From Alphaproteobacteria bacterium (GTDB taxonomy: Bacteria; Pseudomonadota; Alphaproteobacteria; RF32; CAG-239), in assembly GCA_017528205.1 (NCBI GenBank), contig JAFXPE010000032.1:6430-70429 (forward strand): a stretch of 64,000 bases of DNA, written 5' to 3'. The first letter of the stretch is position 1; each line of letters begins with the position of its first letter. A program made the position numbers and the translations under genes. The notes beneath the pieces were generated by a model. That model had not been told where the DNA came from, ran no database searches, and saw only the letters and a list, made by a program, of their open reading frames with translations. This document shows positions 46,321-52,733 of this stretch, piece by piece.

Positions 46321-47027
46321 TATCTGATTTCTCCTTCAATGCGGGGAGCATCTGATTTTATGTCGGCAATAATGGTTTCGCCGCCAATCATTATTTGGCC
46401 GACGCACACCTGAGGTTCAACTTTTTCCGGCAGGAAAATATCCACATAACCGCCGAAACGAATAAACCCGAAACGCTGTCCGGCGTTAAATTCGTCGCCT
46501 TTTTTAAGGTTATAAACAATGCGTTTGTTGCAAAAAACAGCGGTTTGTTGCAACACAAATTCAAAACCTTCGCTTTGTTTTAAGGAAACGAGCATTTTTT
46601 CGTTGCCGATAAAGTTTTTATCGGTTGTGCCCGTATAATTTTTTCCGCAATCATAAAAAAGTTTGTTAACTTTAGATTTTATGGGAATGCGGTTGATATG
46701 CACATCAAAAAGGCTGCTGTAAATAGAAACTCTGGTGAATTTTTTGTTTTGCAATCCCAGGGCGTCCGGACCGTTTTCTTTGCTTATGGCCACAACATGA
46801 CCGTCGGCCGGTGCGATGATTGCGCCCGACAAAACCGGAGTTATGCGTACCGGATCTCTGAAACAATAAAAACACCAAATTGTCAACAAAAACGAAATGC
46901 CGCCGAGCGGAAGCCAAATAAGCGCCAAAATCAGCGAAATCGCCGCCATAGCGCTGATAAACTTCCATCCGTCATCATTTATATTCGGAAAAAAATATTG
47001 ATGAAACGAAGTATCGACCGATTTCAT
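46320..47027 (-). CDS. psd: phosphatidylserine decarboxylase homolog (short alphaproteobacterial type) lacking the Gly-Ser self-cleavage site
   Basis: 235 aa. The stop overlaps the pssA start. It is collinear with rhizobial Psd (FRDP.R..P, APADG.V, ...RFG.IRFG.). However, the motif reads RFGFIRFGGYVDIFLP rather than ..FGSR.D..LP. Confidence 0.8.
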   Translation of the reverse strand: MKSVDTSFHQYFFPNINDDGWKFISAMAAISLILALIWLPLGGISFLLTIWCFYCFRDPVRITPVLSGAIIAPADGHVVAISKENGPDALGLQNKKFTRVSIYSSLFDVHINRIPIKSKVNKLFYDCGKNYTGTTDKNFIGNEKMLVSLKQSEGFEFVLQQTAVFCNKRIVYNLKKGDEFNAGQRFGFIRFGGYVDIFLPEKVEPQVCVGQIMIGGETIIADIKSDAPRIEGEIR

Positions 47028-47150
47028 TTTATTACTCCCCTTGAATACCGAAACGCTGTTTCTGTCGTATTCCGATGTTAAACTAAAGAGATGTGTTCTC
47101 TCTTTCCGAAATTAATTAAGCATATTTTACAGAAAAAGACAAGTTTTATG

Positions 47151-47179
47151 TTGCAAAATGAAAAATTTTTATGTATAAA
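47151..47179 (+). promoter_or_regulatory. candidate promoter of tRNA-Leu
   Basis: TTGCAA (47151-47156), a 17-nt spacer, then TATAAA (47174-47179), 13 nt before the tRNA. Confidence 0.5.
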
Positions 47180-47192
47180 ATCTAACAGCAAT

Positions 47193-47279
47193 GCGCTTGT
47201 GGCGGAATCGGTAGACGCTGCAGACTTAAAATCTGTTGGGATTTATCCCGTGCCAGTTCAAGTCTGGCCTAGCGCACCA
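47193..47279 (+). tRNA. tRNA-Leu (anticodon TAA), type II with long variable arm
   Basis: Hand-folded, 87 nt:
- acceptor GCGCTTG/CTAGCGC, with a U6-U67 mismatch
- D arm GCG-GAATCGGTAGA-CGC
- anticodon stem GCAGA/TCTGT, loop CTTAAAA
- variable arm TGGGATTTATCCCGT
- T stem GCCAG/CTGGC, loop TTCAAGT
- discriminator A, then CCA. Confidence 0.9.
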
Positions 47280-47289
47280 ATATGAAAAT

Positions 47290-47327
47290 AAAGGCTTTCA
47301 CGATTTTTAGTGAGAGCTTTTATTTTT
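47290..47327 (+). terminator. intrinsic terminator after tRNA-Leu
   Basis: AAAGGCTTTCAC / GTGAGAGCTTT form an 11-bp stem (with G-U pairs) followed by TATTTTT. Confidence 0.6.
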
Positions 47328-47344
47328 GCCGGTGGAGAAGTTTA

Positions 47345-47392
47345 TCACCAATTTGTCACCAATTTTATATATAAGTTAATCATAGTTAATCA
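47345..47392. repeat. two pairs of short direct repeats at the tRNA-proximal prophage end (candidate recombinase/accessory-factor arm sites)
   Basis: TCACCAATTT at 47345-47354 and 47356-47365. GTTAATCA at 47375-47382 and 47385-47392. Confidence 0.4.
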
Positions 47393-47416
47393 AAAAACGC
47401 GCAGGATCCTGCGCGT
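47392..47416 (-). terminator. intrinsic terminator ending the leftward early operon
   Basis: A perfect 20-bp palindrome ACGCGCAGGATCCTGCGCGT (47397-47416) is followed on the minus strand by TTTTTT. Confidence 0.7.
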
Positions 47417-47484
47417 CATTTAAGTTCAAAAATGATACACAAACTAAACTTATGTATCATGATGATAGATTTATGTTTAGCAAA

Positions 47485-47790
47485 TTAAACTTGGCGTTCT
47501 CCTAACTCAATATCATAAACATAATCGTCGCAATGTAGATCTGTATCAGTTCCTTTTATTACCCGAACACTTTTGATTGCAAAGGTCATGCGTTCTGGGT
47601 TTTTGTAATAAGCACGTTGAAATTGCACAAAATCTGGGTGGCCATAGCTGCCGTCCGGTTTTTCTATGCACATTCTCCACATAAAAAACTGCGTCCACTT
47701 GCGATATTCGTGGGTTTTACGGCCTGATTTTATTTCATCAAACCAGTGATTTGTTAAAACAAGTTTTAAGGTTTTTGCTTTTTCTGGCAT
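47485..47790 (-). CDS. ASCH-domain protein
   Basis: I prefer ATG 47790 (GGAG 8 nt upstream). LTNHWFDEIKSGRKTHEYRK matches the ASCH N-terminal signature from memory. 101 aa. Confidence 0.6.
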   Translation of the reverse strand: MPEKAKTLKLVLTNHWFDEIKSGRKTHEYRKWTQFFMWRMCIEKPDGSYGHPDFVQFQRAYYKNPERMTFAIKSVRVIKGTDTDLHCDDYVYDIELGERQV

Positions 47791-47791
47791 A

Positions 47792-48157
47792 TTATTTCTC
47801 CTCAAAAAGTGGTAATTTCTTGTGTTTGCGCCGATTCTCTCGGTGCTGCTCAATGTCATAATTTAGATGACATTTTTGACAGAGGGCGCGCAGGTTGGCC
47901 GGATCGTTATTTTGTGGGTTATGATCCAAGTGGGCAATGGTTAAGACAATCTTGATGATGTGGAGGCCGTCAAAGGCGTCGGCCTCCTGCTGCATACCGT
48001 AACTCTCTATAAAATGGCCGTCGGCCTCGCGATAGCCCTCTGCATAGTTTTCTACGCCACAAAACTCACAACGATTGCCGGCACGTTCAAGTATAGCCTG
48101 CCGGATCTCTTTCCAGTTTTTAGGATAGAGTTTTTTATTTTCCGGTCTGATCGGCAT
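47792..48157 (-). CDS. HNH endonuclease
   Basis: CEFCG ... IAHLDHNPQNNDPANLRALCQKCHLNYD is the HNH beta-beta-alpha-metal motif with flanking Cys pairs. Confidence 0.82.
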   Translation of the reverse strand: MPIRPENKKLYPKNWKEIRQAILERAGNRCEFCGVENYAEGYREADGHFIESYGMQQEADAFDGLHIIKIVLTIAHLDHNPQNNDPANLRALCQKCHLNYDIEQHRENRRKHKKLPLFEEK

Positions 48158-48344
48158 GGTTTAGATCCTCCGCAATTTTTTCAAAAAGATCGCGACAAAG
48201 GCTGAAAGCAAATTGCAACATTACAAAATCACACACTATGTGATTAAAATTTTCATGGTTTCTGACGCGCCGAATGAGAGCCACTTTTTGCTTTACCCTT
48301 TGCTCAAAATTTATCTCTTTTAGATATTCGTAGATATTTCTCAT
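48135..48344 (-). CDS. hypothetical phage protein
   Basis: 69-aa ORF, same strand, with overlaps on both sides typical of a packed phage operon. Confidence 0.45.
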   Translation of the reverse strand: MRNIYEYLKEINFEQRVKQKVALIRRVRNHENFNHIVCDFVMLQFAFSLCRDLFEKIAEDLNHADQTGK

Positions 48345-48562
48345 TGCGGTCGGCCTTTCTCTTCGTCACTTATTTTCATCATAATTGCAAGTGTATTTGC
48401 TCTCATGGCGTCTAATACCCTTTTGACTGCGATTTGTATTTCTTTTGGTGCACGTTCATCAATCTCACTCTTTACATGCATACCGACTGCCGCTTGGCCG
48501 TTTATGTCATCGGCGACAAGTTCAAGTATATAGCGGCCATAAACTTTTTGCTCTTTAGGCAT
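48341..48562 (-). CDS. hypothetical phage protein
   Basis: 73 aa. ATG overlap (4 nt) with the downstream gene. Confidence 0.5.
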   Translation of the reverse strand: MPKEQKVYGRYILELVADDINGQAAVGMHVKSEIDERAPKEIQIAVKRVLDAMRANTLAIMMKISDEEKGRPQ

Positions 48563-48737
48563 TTTCTTTCTCCTTAATGTATTTACCGGCGCAGCGGTGG
48601 TATTGTGATCTTTTGACTTTTATGACGTCTATTTGCCATTTGGCGCAAAAGTGATACCGGTGACGCTGCGCATATTTATTTGGCCAGTTTTCTAAATACT
48701 GGCAATATTTACAATTTTGGCACATAGTGACTTTCAT
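48555..48737 (-). CDS. small Cys-rich (zinc-finger-like) phage protein
   Basis: 60 aa with CQNCKYC ... C ... C. 4-nt overlap with the upstream gene. Confidence 0.5.
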   Translation of the reverse strand: MKVTMCQNCKYCQYLENWPNKYAQRHRYHFCAKWQIDVIKVKRSQYHRCAGKYIKEKENA

Positions 48738-49099
48738 TTTTTAGCTTTCGTATATGGGCAAGTTAAATATGGGTGGTCACTTTGGCCAAAGAGGCGGCAA
48801 ACTTCCGGCCTCTTGTCATAGATTTTGCATGAGCAAATACCGACAGCGTTACGCTCCAAGAACGGACAAACAAGACTTTCAACAGTGGCCTTAAGTTTAT
48901 CGTCCGGCATTTGTGGGTTTATGCTCTCCATTTTGCGCAGCAGGCTCTTTGGATAAAAGACAAGCTGATCATTAAGCGTGGCTTTTACAAAAGATATATG
49001 CAGCTCTTTGGCCTCGCGTTTAATGGCGCGGTATTCTTTAGCCGTGAACGGCACAAAGCCGCAACAACGGCCGCAGCGGTGGCAAATAAAATCAGTCAT
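48734..49099 (-). CDS. YkgJ-family cysteine-cluster (CxxCxxCC) protein
   Basis: The N-terminal CHRCGRCC and the later CPFL....CSC..Y..RP..CR.F fit the UPF0153/YkgJ zinc- or iron-chelating family. Confidence 0.65.
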   Translation of the reverse strand: MTDFICHRCGRCCGFVPFTAKEYRAIKREAKELHISFVKATLNDQLVFYPKSLLRKMESINPQMPDDKLKATVESLVCPFLERNAVGICSCKIYDKRPEVCRLFGQSDHPYLTCPYTKAKK

Positions 49100-49469
49100 G
49101 AGTTTTCTCCTTTAATCTGGCCAGTGCTTTTTCTATGCGGATTTGCGGCTCAATGTTTTCGGCTGACAGTATGCTGCGCAGGCTGTATCTTAATATTTCA
49201 AGCTCTTCCTGCAGCGCGGCAGCCGACACAAAGTTGAGCAGCGTTGTATCTTTACGCTTGGCTGTTGCCTTAATAACTTCAATGGCGCGTGTTTTGCCTT
49301 TAAGTCGGCGAATATAGCCGCGATCTTCAAGTGCAGTCAAAAGAACGTGAATGCCGGATTTTGATTTTAAGCCAAGTGCGGTGCGCATATCGTCATAAGA
49401 CGGTGCAACGCCGGTGCGCTGTATATATTGCCGGATATATGCAAGCAGTTTATTCTGATTTTGCGTCAT
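49092..49469 (-). CDS. LexA DNA-binding-domain-only homolog (no cleavage site, no S24 peptidase domain)
   Basis: 125 aa. Residues 5-70 ([60 protein letters not shown]) align without gaps to host LexA residues ~5-70, and GLKSKSGIH is identical. The remaining ~55 aa are helical or coiled-coil-like. Confidence 0.75.
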   Translation of the reverse strand: [125 protein letters not shown]

Positions 49470-49641
49470 CGGTTTTCTCCTTTGTTTTGGTTGATCTGGC
49501 TATGCAGTAGGTGGTGAAAAGTTTAAGCACACGCTGCCGGCTTTCCACATTGCGAAACTCTTGAGAACGTGTGCCGCGTGTCCAGTCTTGCAGCGCGCGG
49601 TGGGTGAGTTCTAAAATTTCAGTCTTGTTGAGTTTGGCCAT
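49450..49641 (-). CDS. hypothetical phage protein
   Basis: I prefer ATG 49641 (GGAGG 9 nt upstream). 63 aa. Confidence 0.45.
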   Translation of the reverse strand: MAKLNKTEILELTHRALQDWTRGTRSQEFRNVESRQRVLKLFTTYCIARSTKTKEKTDDAKSE

Positions 49642-49945
49642 AATCAGTGTCCTCCATAAAATTATCACGCAGCCAGTTCTGCAGATAAGTGACAGTGTTT
49701 TTTTCTTGATCTATAAAATTATCACGCAGCCAGTTCTGCAGATAAGTGATTTTGTCTTGATCCCAAGTGTTAGCGCGCAGGCGTTCAAGATCGTGAATAA
49801 CCGGATTGATGGCCGCACGTGCGCTGCGTCTTTCAATAGCTCTACTATCCATACAGCCAAGCTGATAAACAGCCTCTATTGTGCCGGCGGTAGTTAATAC
49901 CGGCCGATGGCTTTTAAGCCAGTGAATAAGTCTATTTTTTATCAT
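49619..49945 (-). CDS. hypothetical phage protein containing an in-frame 57-bp tandem duplication
   Basis: 108 aa. TYLQNWLRDNF occurs twice, 19 aa apart. The underlying DNA has a perfect 37-bp repeat at 49656-49692 and 49713-49749. Confidence 0.5.
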   Translation of the reverse strand: MIKNRLIHWLKSHRPVLTTAGTIEAVYQLGCMDSRAIERRSARAAINPVIHDLERLRANTWDQDKITYLQNWLRDNFIDQEKNTVTYLQNWLRDNFMEDTDYGQTQQD

Positions 49946-50030
49946 AATGGTTCTCCATAAATTTTGTTAAAACAAACGCGCCGATAATAATAGCCACGCC
50001 TGCAGCAATAATGATTGCGTTGATATTCAT
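49932..50030 (-). CDS. possible 32-aa hydrophobic peptide
   Basis: Hand translation gives MNINAIIIAAGVAIIIGAFVLTKFMENHYDKK. Its ATG overlaps the upstream stop as ATGA (50030-50027). It is too short for the ORF track. Confidence 0.3.
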   Translation of the reverse strand: MNINAIIIAAGVAIIIGAFVLTKFMENHYDKK

Positions 50031-50209
50031 TTTTTCTGTCCTTTGATGGGTTTGAGTTCTTTTAAGAGTTCGCGCGCAGCGATTTTGACGCGCGCAAGCT
50101 CGCCGAATGGGTTGCCATAGCTTTCGGTAGCCAGATCAGCAATACGCTCAATAATTTTCGGATCAACCGCAATTTTGCGTTTGAATGGGTTAAGCTCTTT
50201 AAATTTCAT
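50027..50209 (-). CDS. hypothetical phage protein
   Basis: I prefer ATG 50209 (MKFKELNPF...), 2 nt after the dut stop. 60 aa. Confidence 0.45.
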   Translation of the reverse strand: MKFKELNPFKRKIAVDPKIIERIADLATESYGNPFGELARVKIAARELLKELKPIKGQKK

Positions 50210-50211
50210 GC

Positions 50212-50649
50212 TCAATCCTTTCCGGTGCTGCCAAAGCCGCGTGTGCCGCGCTCGGTTGGTGTGAGTTCTTTGGCGGTGACGATTTCCGGTTTGAAAATCG
50301 GGCAAACGACAAGCTGCGCAATACGCTCGTTTGGCTCAATGGTTACCGGTTGACTACTGAAATTAAACAGTGTGATTTGGATTTCGCCGCGATAAGAGGC
50401 GTCTATTGTGCCGAATTGAGCAACAATGCCCTTAACGGTATGGCCGGAGCGTGGTCTGACTTGCAGCTCAAGGTCTATGTTCATTTCGGTTGCGACTTCT
50501 ACCGCAATGCCGGTGCCGACAGTGGTGCGGCCGTGCGGATCTATAACAAGAGGCTCTTTGATTGCGGCACGCAGATCATAGCCACTGTCACCGGCACGTG
50601 TGCGTAGTTCTTCTGTTTCCGGGAATAGATATTTAACTTTAAGCTGCAT
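50212..50649 (-). CDS. dut: dUTP diphosphatase
   Basis: 145 aa with all trimeric dUTPase motifs: AGDSGYDLRA, RPRSGH, GTIDASYRGEI, and the C-terminal RGTRGFGSTG. Confidence 0.88.
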   Translation of the reverse strand: MQLKVKYLFPETEELRTRAGDSGYDLRAAIKEPLVIDPHGRTTVGTGIAVEVATEMNIDLELQVRPRSGHTVKGIVAQFGTIDASYRGEIQITLFNFSSQPVTIEPNERIAQLVVCPIFKPEIVTAKELTPTERGTRGFGSTGKD

Positions 50650-50923
50650 TTATTTTCTCCATAATTTTCATGAGTTGATGATAAGACGGCACAGGTGAAA
50701 GCACCGTGAGTGTGTTAAGTTTGGTGCCGATAAATACGCCGTCACCGGTGAATTTAGGCTGTGGCTTAGGCAAGCCGGCCGCCTCGCGTTGTTTGATTTC
50801 AGCAGTGGTCGGATAAGTCCATTTGCAGATATGATGGGCACCGCAATATATGTGATACCACCCTGCCGGAAGTTCGCCGGCGTGATAGGCCTTTGTGAGT
50901 TCGTTACTGTCTGTATTTAGCAT
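50639..50923 (-). CDS. hypothetical phage protein
   Basis: I prefer ATG 50923 (GGAGG 6 nt upstream). 94 aa. Confidence 0.45.
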   Translation of the reverse strand: MLNTDSNELTKAYHAGELPAGWYHIYCGAHHICKWTYPTTAEIKQREAAGLPKPQPKFTGDGVFIGTKLNTLTVLSPVPSYHQLMKIMEKINAA

Positions 50924-51149
50924 TGACAGCCTCCATTCTGGCCATGATCCAGTTAATGAGTTCTTTTTTAGGATAGGCGACTTTGCGGCCGTTGCGCACT
51001 TTGTTTGGCACGCCGGTGCCGCGATGGTCATAAGAGGCCATTGTTGCAGCGGTATATAAACCGCCGGTGTAGTGTTCAATTTTATCACGCGCAATCAGTT
51101 CAGGCCAAGCAGCCTCAAAGTTGGCGCGCAGTTCTTCTAAATTTACCAT
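50904..51149 (-). CDS. putative excisionase/AlpA-like HTH DNA-binding protein
   Basis: I prefer ATG 51149 (AAGGAG 8 nt upstream). ...GTGVPNKVRNGRKVAYPKKELINWIMAR resembles the G-R-x-x-Y-x-x-x-x-(L/V)-x-x-W ending of Xis/AlpA-type winged helices. This is a weak call. Confidence 0.4.
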   Translation of the reverse strand: MVNLEELRANFEAAWPELIARDKIEHYTGGLYTAATMASYDHRGTGVPNKVRNGRKVAYPKKELINWIMARMEAVNAKYRQ

Positions 51150-51162
51150 GCGTTTAATCTCC

Positions 51163-51411
51163 TTAATTGTGTGATGGAAGTTGAATAAAGTATTTGACGT
51201 CAAAGGTATGTTCGCCGATATAATCAGCGTCAACCGGCAGCCAGTGGTTGCCGCACCATATAGCAAGCTCAACGCGGTGGCGCGGTATGTTATGCACTAC
51301 GCCCTGCTTGTTGACGTAAAAGGGGTTAGCAATCAACACAACATAATCAGCCTCTTGCGCTTTAAGTGTGTTGTCCGGTTTTGTCTGTGGGTATGGTTGC
51401 CAGTTATTCAT
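51163..51411 (-). CDS. hypothetical phage protein
   Basis: I prefer ATG 51411 (MNNWQPYPQTKPD...). 82 aa. Confidence 0.45.
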   Translation of the reverse strand: MNNWQPYPQTKPDNTLKAQEADYVVLIANPFYVNKQGVVHNIPRHRVELAIWCGNHWLPVDADYIGEHTFDVKYFIQLPSHN

Positions 51412-51730
51412 AATCAACCTCACCCATAGAAGAGCGCAGCTCGTTAATCTCTTGATCTAAAATTGCCGTGTTGGCGTGGATTTGTTCAAGCAATGCCTCG
51501 CAGCGGTCAAAAGATTGATTATATTCATAGATGTTATAAAAGGTGAAAGCGGTGGCAAGAATACCAAGCACAATGCAAACCGCAGCCAAAAAGCCACATA
51601 TAGTATCTTTTGTTATACGTCTTTCTCTTTCTTTATCTGCCATCAAGCGCAGTCGCTCAAAATGATCAATCGTCATTTGGCCTTTTGGCGATGGTGAGCA
51701 ATCTTTATATTTGTTGAGTAAATCAGTCAT
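51404..51730 (-). CDS. hypothetical phage membrane protein
   Basis: 108 aa. One central TM (ICGFLAAVCIVLGILATAFTFY) flanked by charged helices. Confidence 0.5.
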   Translation of the reverse strand: MTDLLNKYKDCSPSPKGQMTIDHFERLRLMADKERERRITKDTICGFLAAVCIVLGILATAFTFYNIYEYNQSFDRCEALLEQIHANTAILDQEINELRSSMGEVDYE

Positions 51731-51733
51731 GAG

Positions 51734-52021
51734 TTAAGCCTCCAAAGAATAGTTAAGACGGATATGGTTGACGCCATAACTGTCGGTAAAAGTTAAAAAT
51801 GTGAGATTGTATTTTTGAACAAGTGCAGCAAAGGCCGGTGTATCAATTACTCTGGCTTTAATTTCTTCCGGTTTCCATTTGTCGCAGTTGAGTGTAGCGG
51901 TGTGATTTTTGATTTGCCGCTCGGTCATCATTGCCTTTGGTGTTGCGTAGTAGCCGCCGGCAGTGCGAATATCTTTTGCAAACTTTTGCAGATCTTTTTT
52001 AAGTTGGACTGTATTAAGCAT
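51734..52021 (-). CDS. hypothetical phage protein, first gene of the leftward early operon
   Basis: 95 aa. AAGGAGAA lies 7 nt upstream of ATG 52021. It is the first ORF downstream of the leftward promoter/operator pair. Confidence 0.55.
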   Translation of the reverse strand: MLNTVQLKKDLQKFAKDIRTAGGYYATPKAMMTERQIKNHTATLNCDKWKPEEIKARVIDTPAFAALVQKYNLTFLTFTDSYGVNHIRLNYSLEA

Positions 52022-52063
52022 TTATTTTCTCCTTAAATTGTGATTAACCGTGATTTAAGGATA

Positions 52064-52117
52064 AAATAAACCATATATGTTTAAGATGTCAAGAGAAAAA
52101 TAAACCATATATGTTTA
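52064..52117 (-). promoter_or_regulatory. leftward early promoter with two copies of the 18-bp operator (left pair)
   Basis: ATAAACCATATATGTTTA occurs at 52066-52083 and 52100-52117. On the minus strand, -35 TTGACA (52092-52087) and -10 TATTTT (~52068-52063) place the first operator in the spacer and -10 region. Confidence 0.65.
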
Positions 52118-52133
52118 TAAAATATACATAGCA

Positions 52134-52170
52134 TGTGTAAAACCCTCTAAAAATAAGGCTTTCAGAGGGT
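52134..52170 (-). terminator. intrinsic terminator after the repressor-lipoprotein transcription unit
   Basis: ACCCTCT (52142-52148) / AGAGGGT (52164-52170) hairpin. On the minus strand it is followed by TTTTAC. Confidence 0.55.
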
Positions 52171-52211
52171 AAAAATTTTTTTAGATTTATGTTAATTTAG
52201 CGTGATTTGCT

Positions 52212-52730
52212 TTATTCGCAAGTAGTGTATAAATTACCGAATATTCTTTGAGTGGTGCAATTTACACGACGACTAAGCCGTTGAGCCTCACTTTGTGTTT
52301 GAGCAGCACGTAGGCGTATATATTTATTTTCAAGTTCGCGCACACAATCAGTATAGTTTTTTGTTCCGGATTTCATGCCATAATCTTCGCAAGTCATTTC
52401 TTGATCAGCAAAAGAATTTCTTAACTTGCGAAAAGCCTCATCTATACCGTCATATTCACGATCGATACGATATATTGCGCCTATCCGTTCTTGGCAATGC
52501 ATGTATTGCATAGTGCCTTTTTTTGCACCATGAACTTGAATACAACGTTTTTCAATCATAGCCTCGGCCTTTGCGTCCATATCAATAAGTCGTTGCTGTT
52601 GTTTATCTTCCTCGCTTTCATATTCATGACACGCTGCGTCATCAAAAGAGCAATTTATACCTTGTTTAATATTATCATACATAAAGCAGCCAGTTAATAG
52701 CAATGGGACTAAAAATATGATTTTTTTCAT
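52212..52730 (-). CDS. prophage lipoprotein (moron downstream of the repressor gene)
   Basis: MKKIIFLVPLLLTGC lipobox. 172 aa. The internal repeat C-x4-G-x-K-x-GT-x2-Y-x2-C occurs twice (CIQVHGAKKGTMQYMHC and CEDYGMKSGTKNYTDC). Confidence 0.75.
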   Translation of the reverse strand: MKKIIFLVPLLLTGCFMYDNIKQGINCSFDDAACHEYESEEDKQQQRLIDMDAKAEAMIEKRCIQVHGAKKGTMQYMHCQERIGAIYRIDREYDGIDEAFRKLRNSFADQEMTCEDYGMKSGTKNYTDCVRELENKYIRLRAAQTQSEAQRLSRRVNCTTQRIFGNLYTTCE

Positions 52731-52733
52731 GTG

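Noticed and set aside
50056-50071. GTTC-TTTTAAGA-GTTC, a near SOS box inside the phage early operon.
   Set aside because: The spacer is 8 nt, not 7, and the site lies inside a coding region rather than at a promoter. It is most likely chance.
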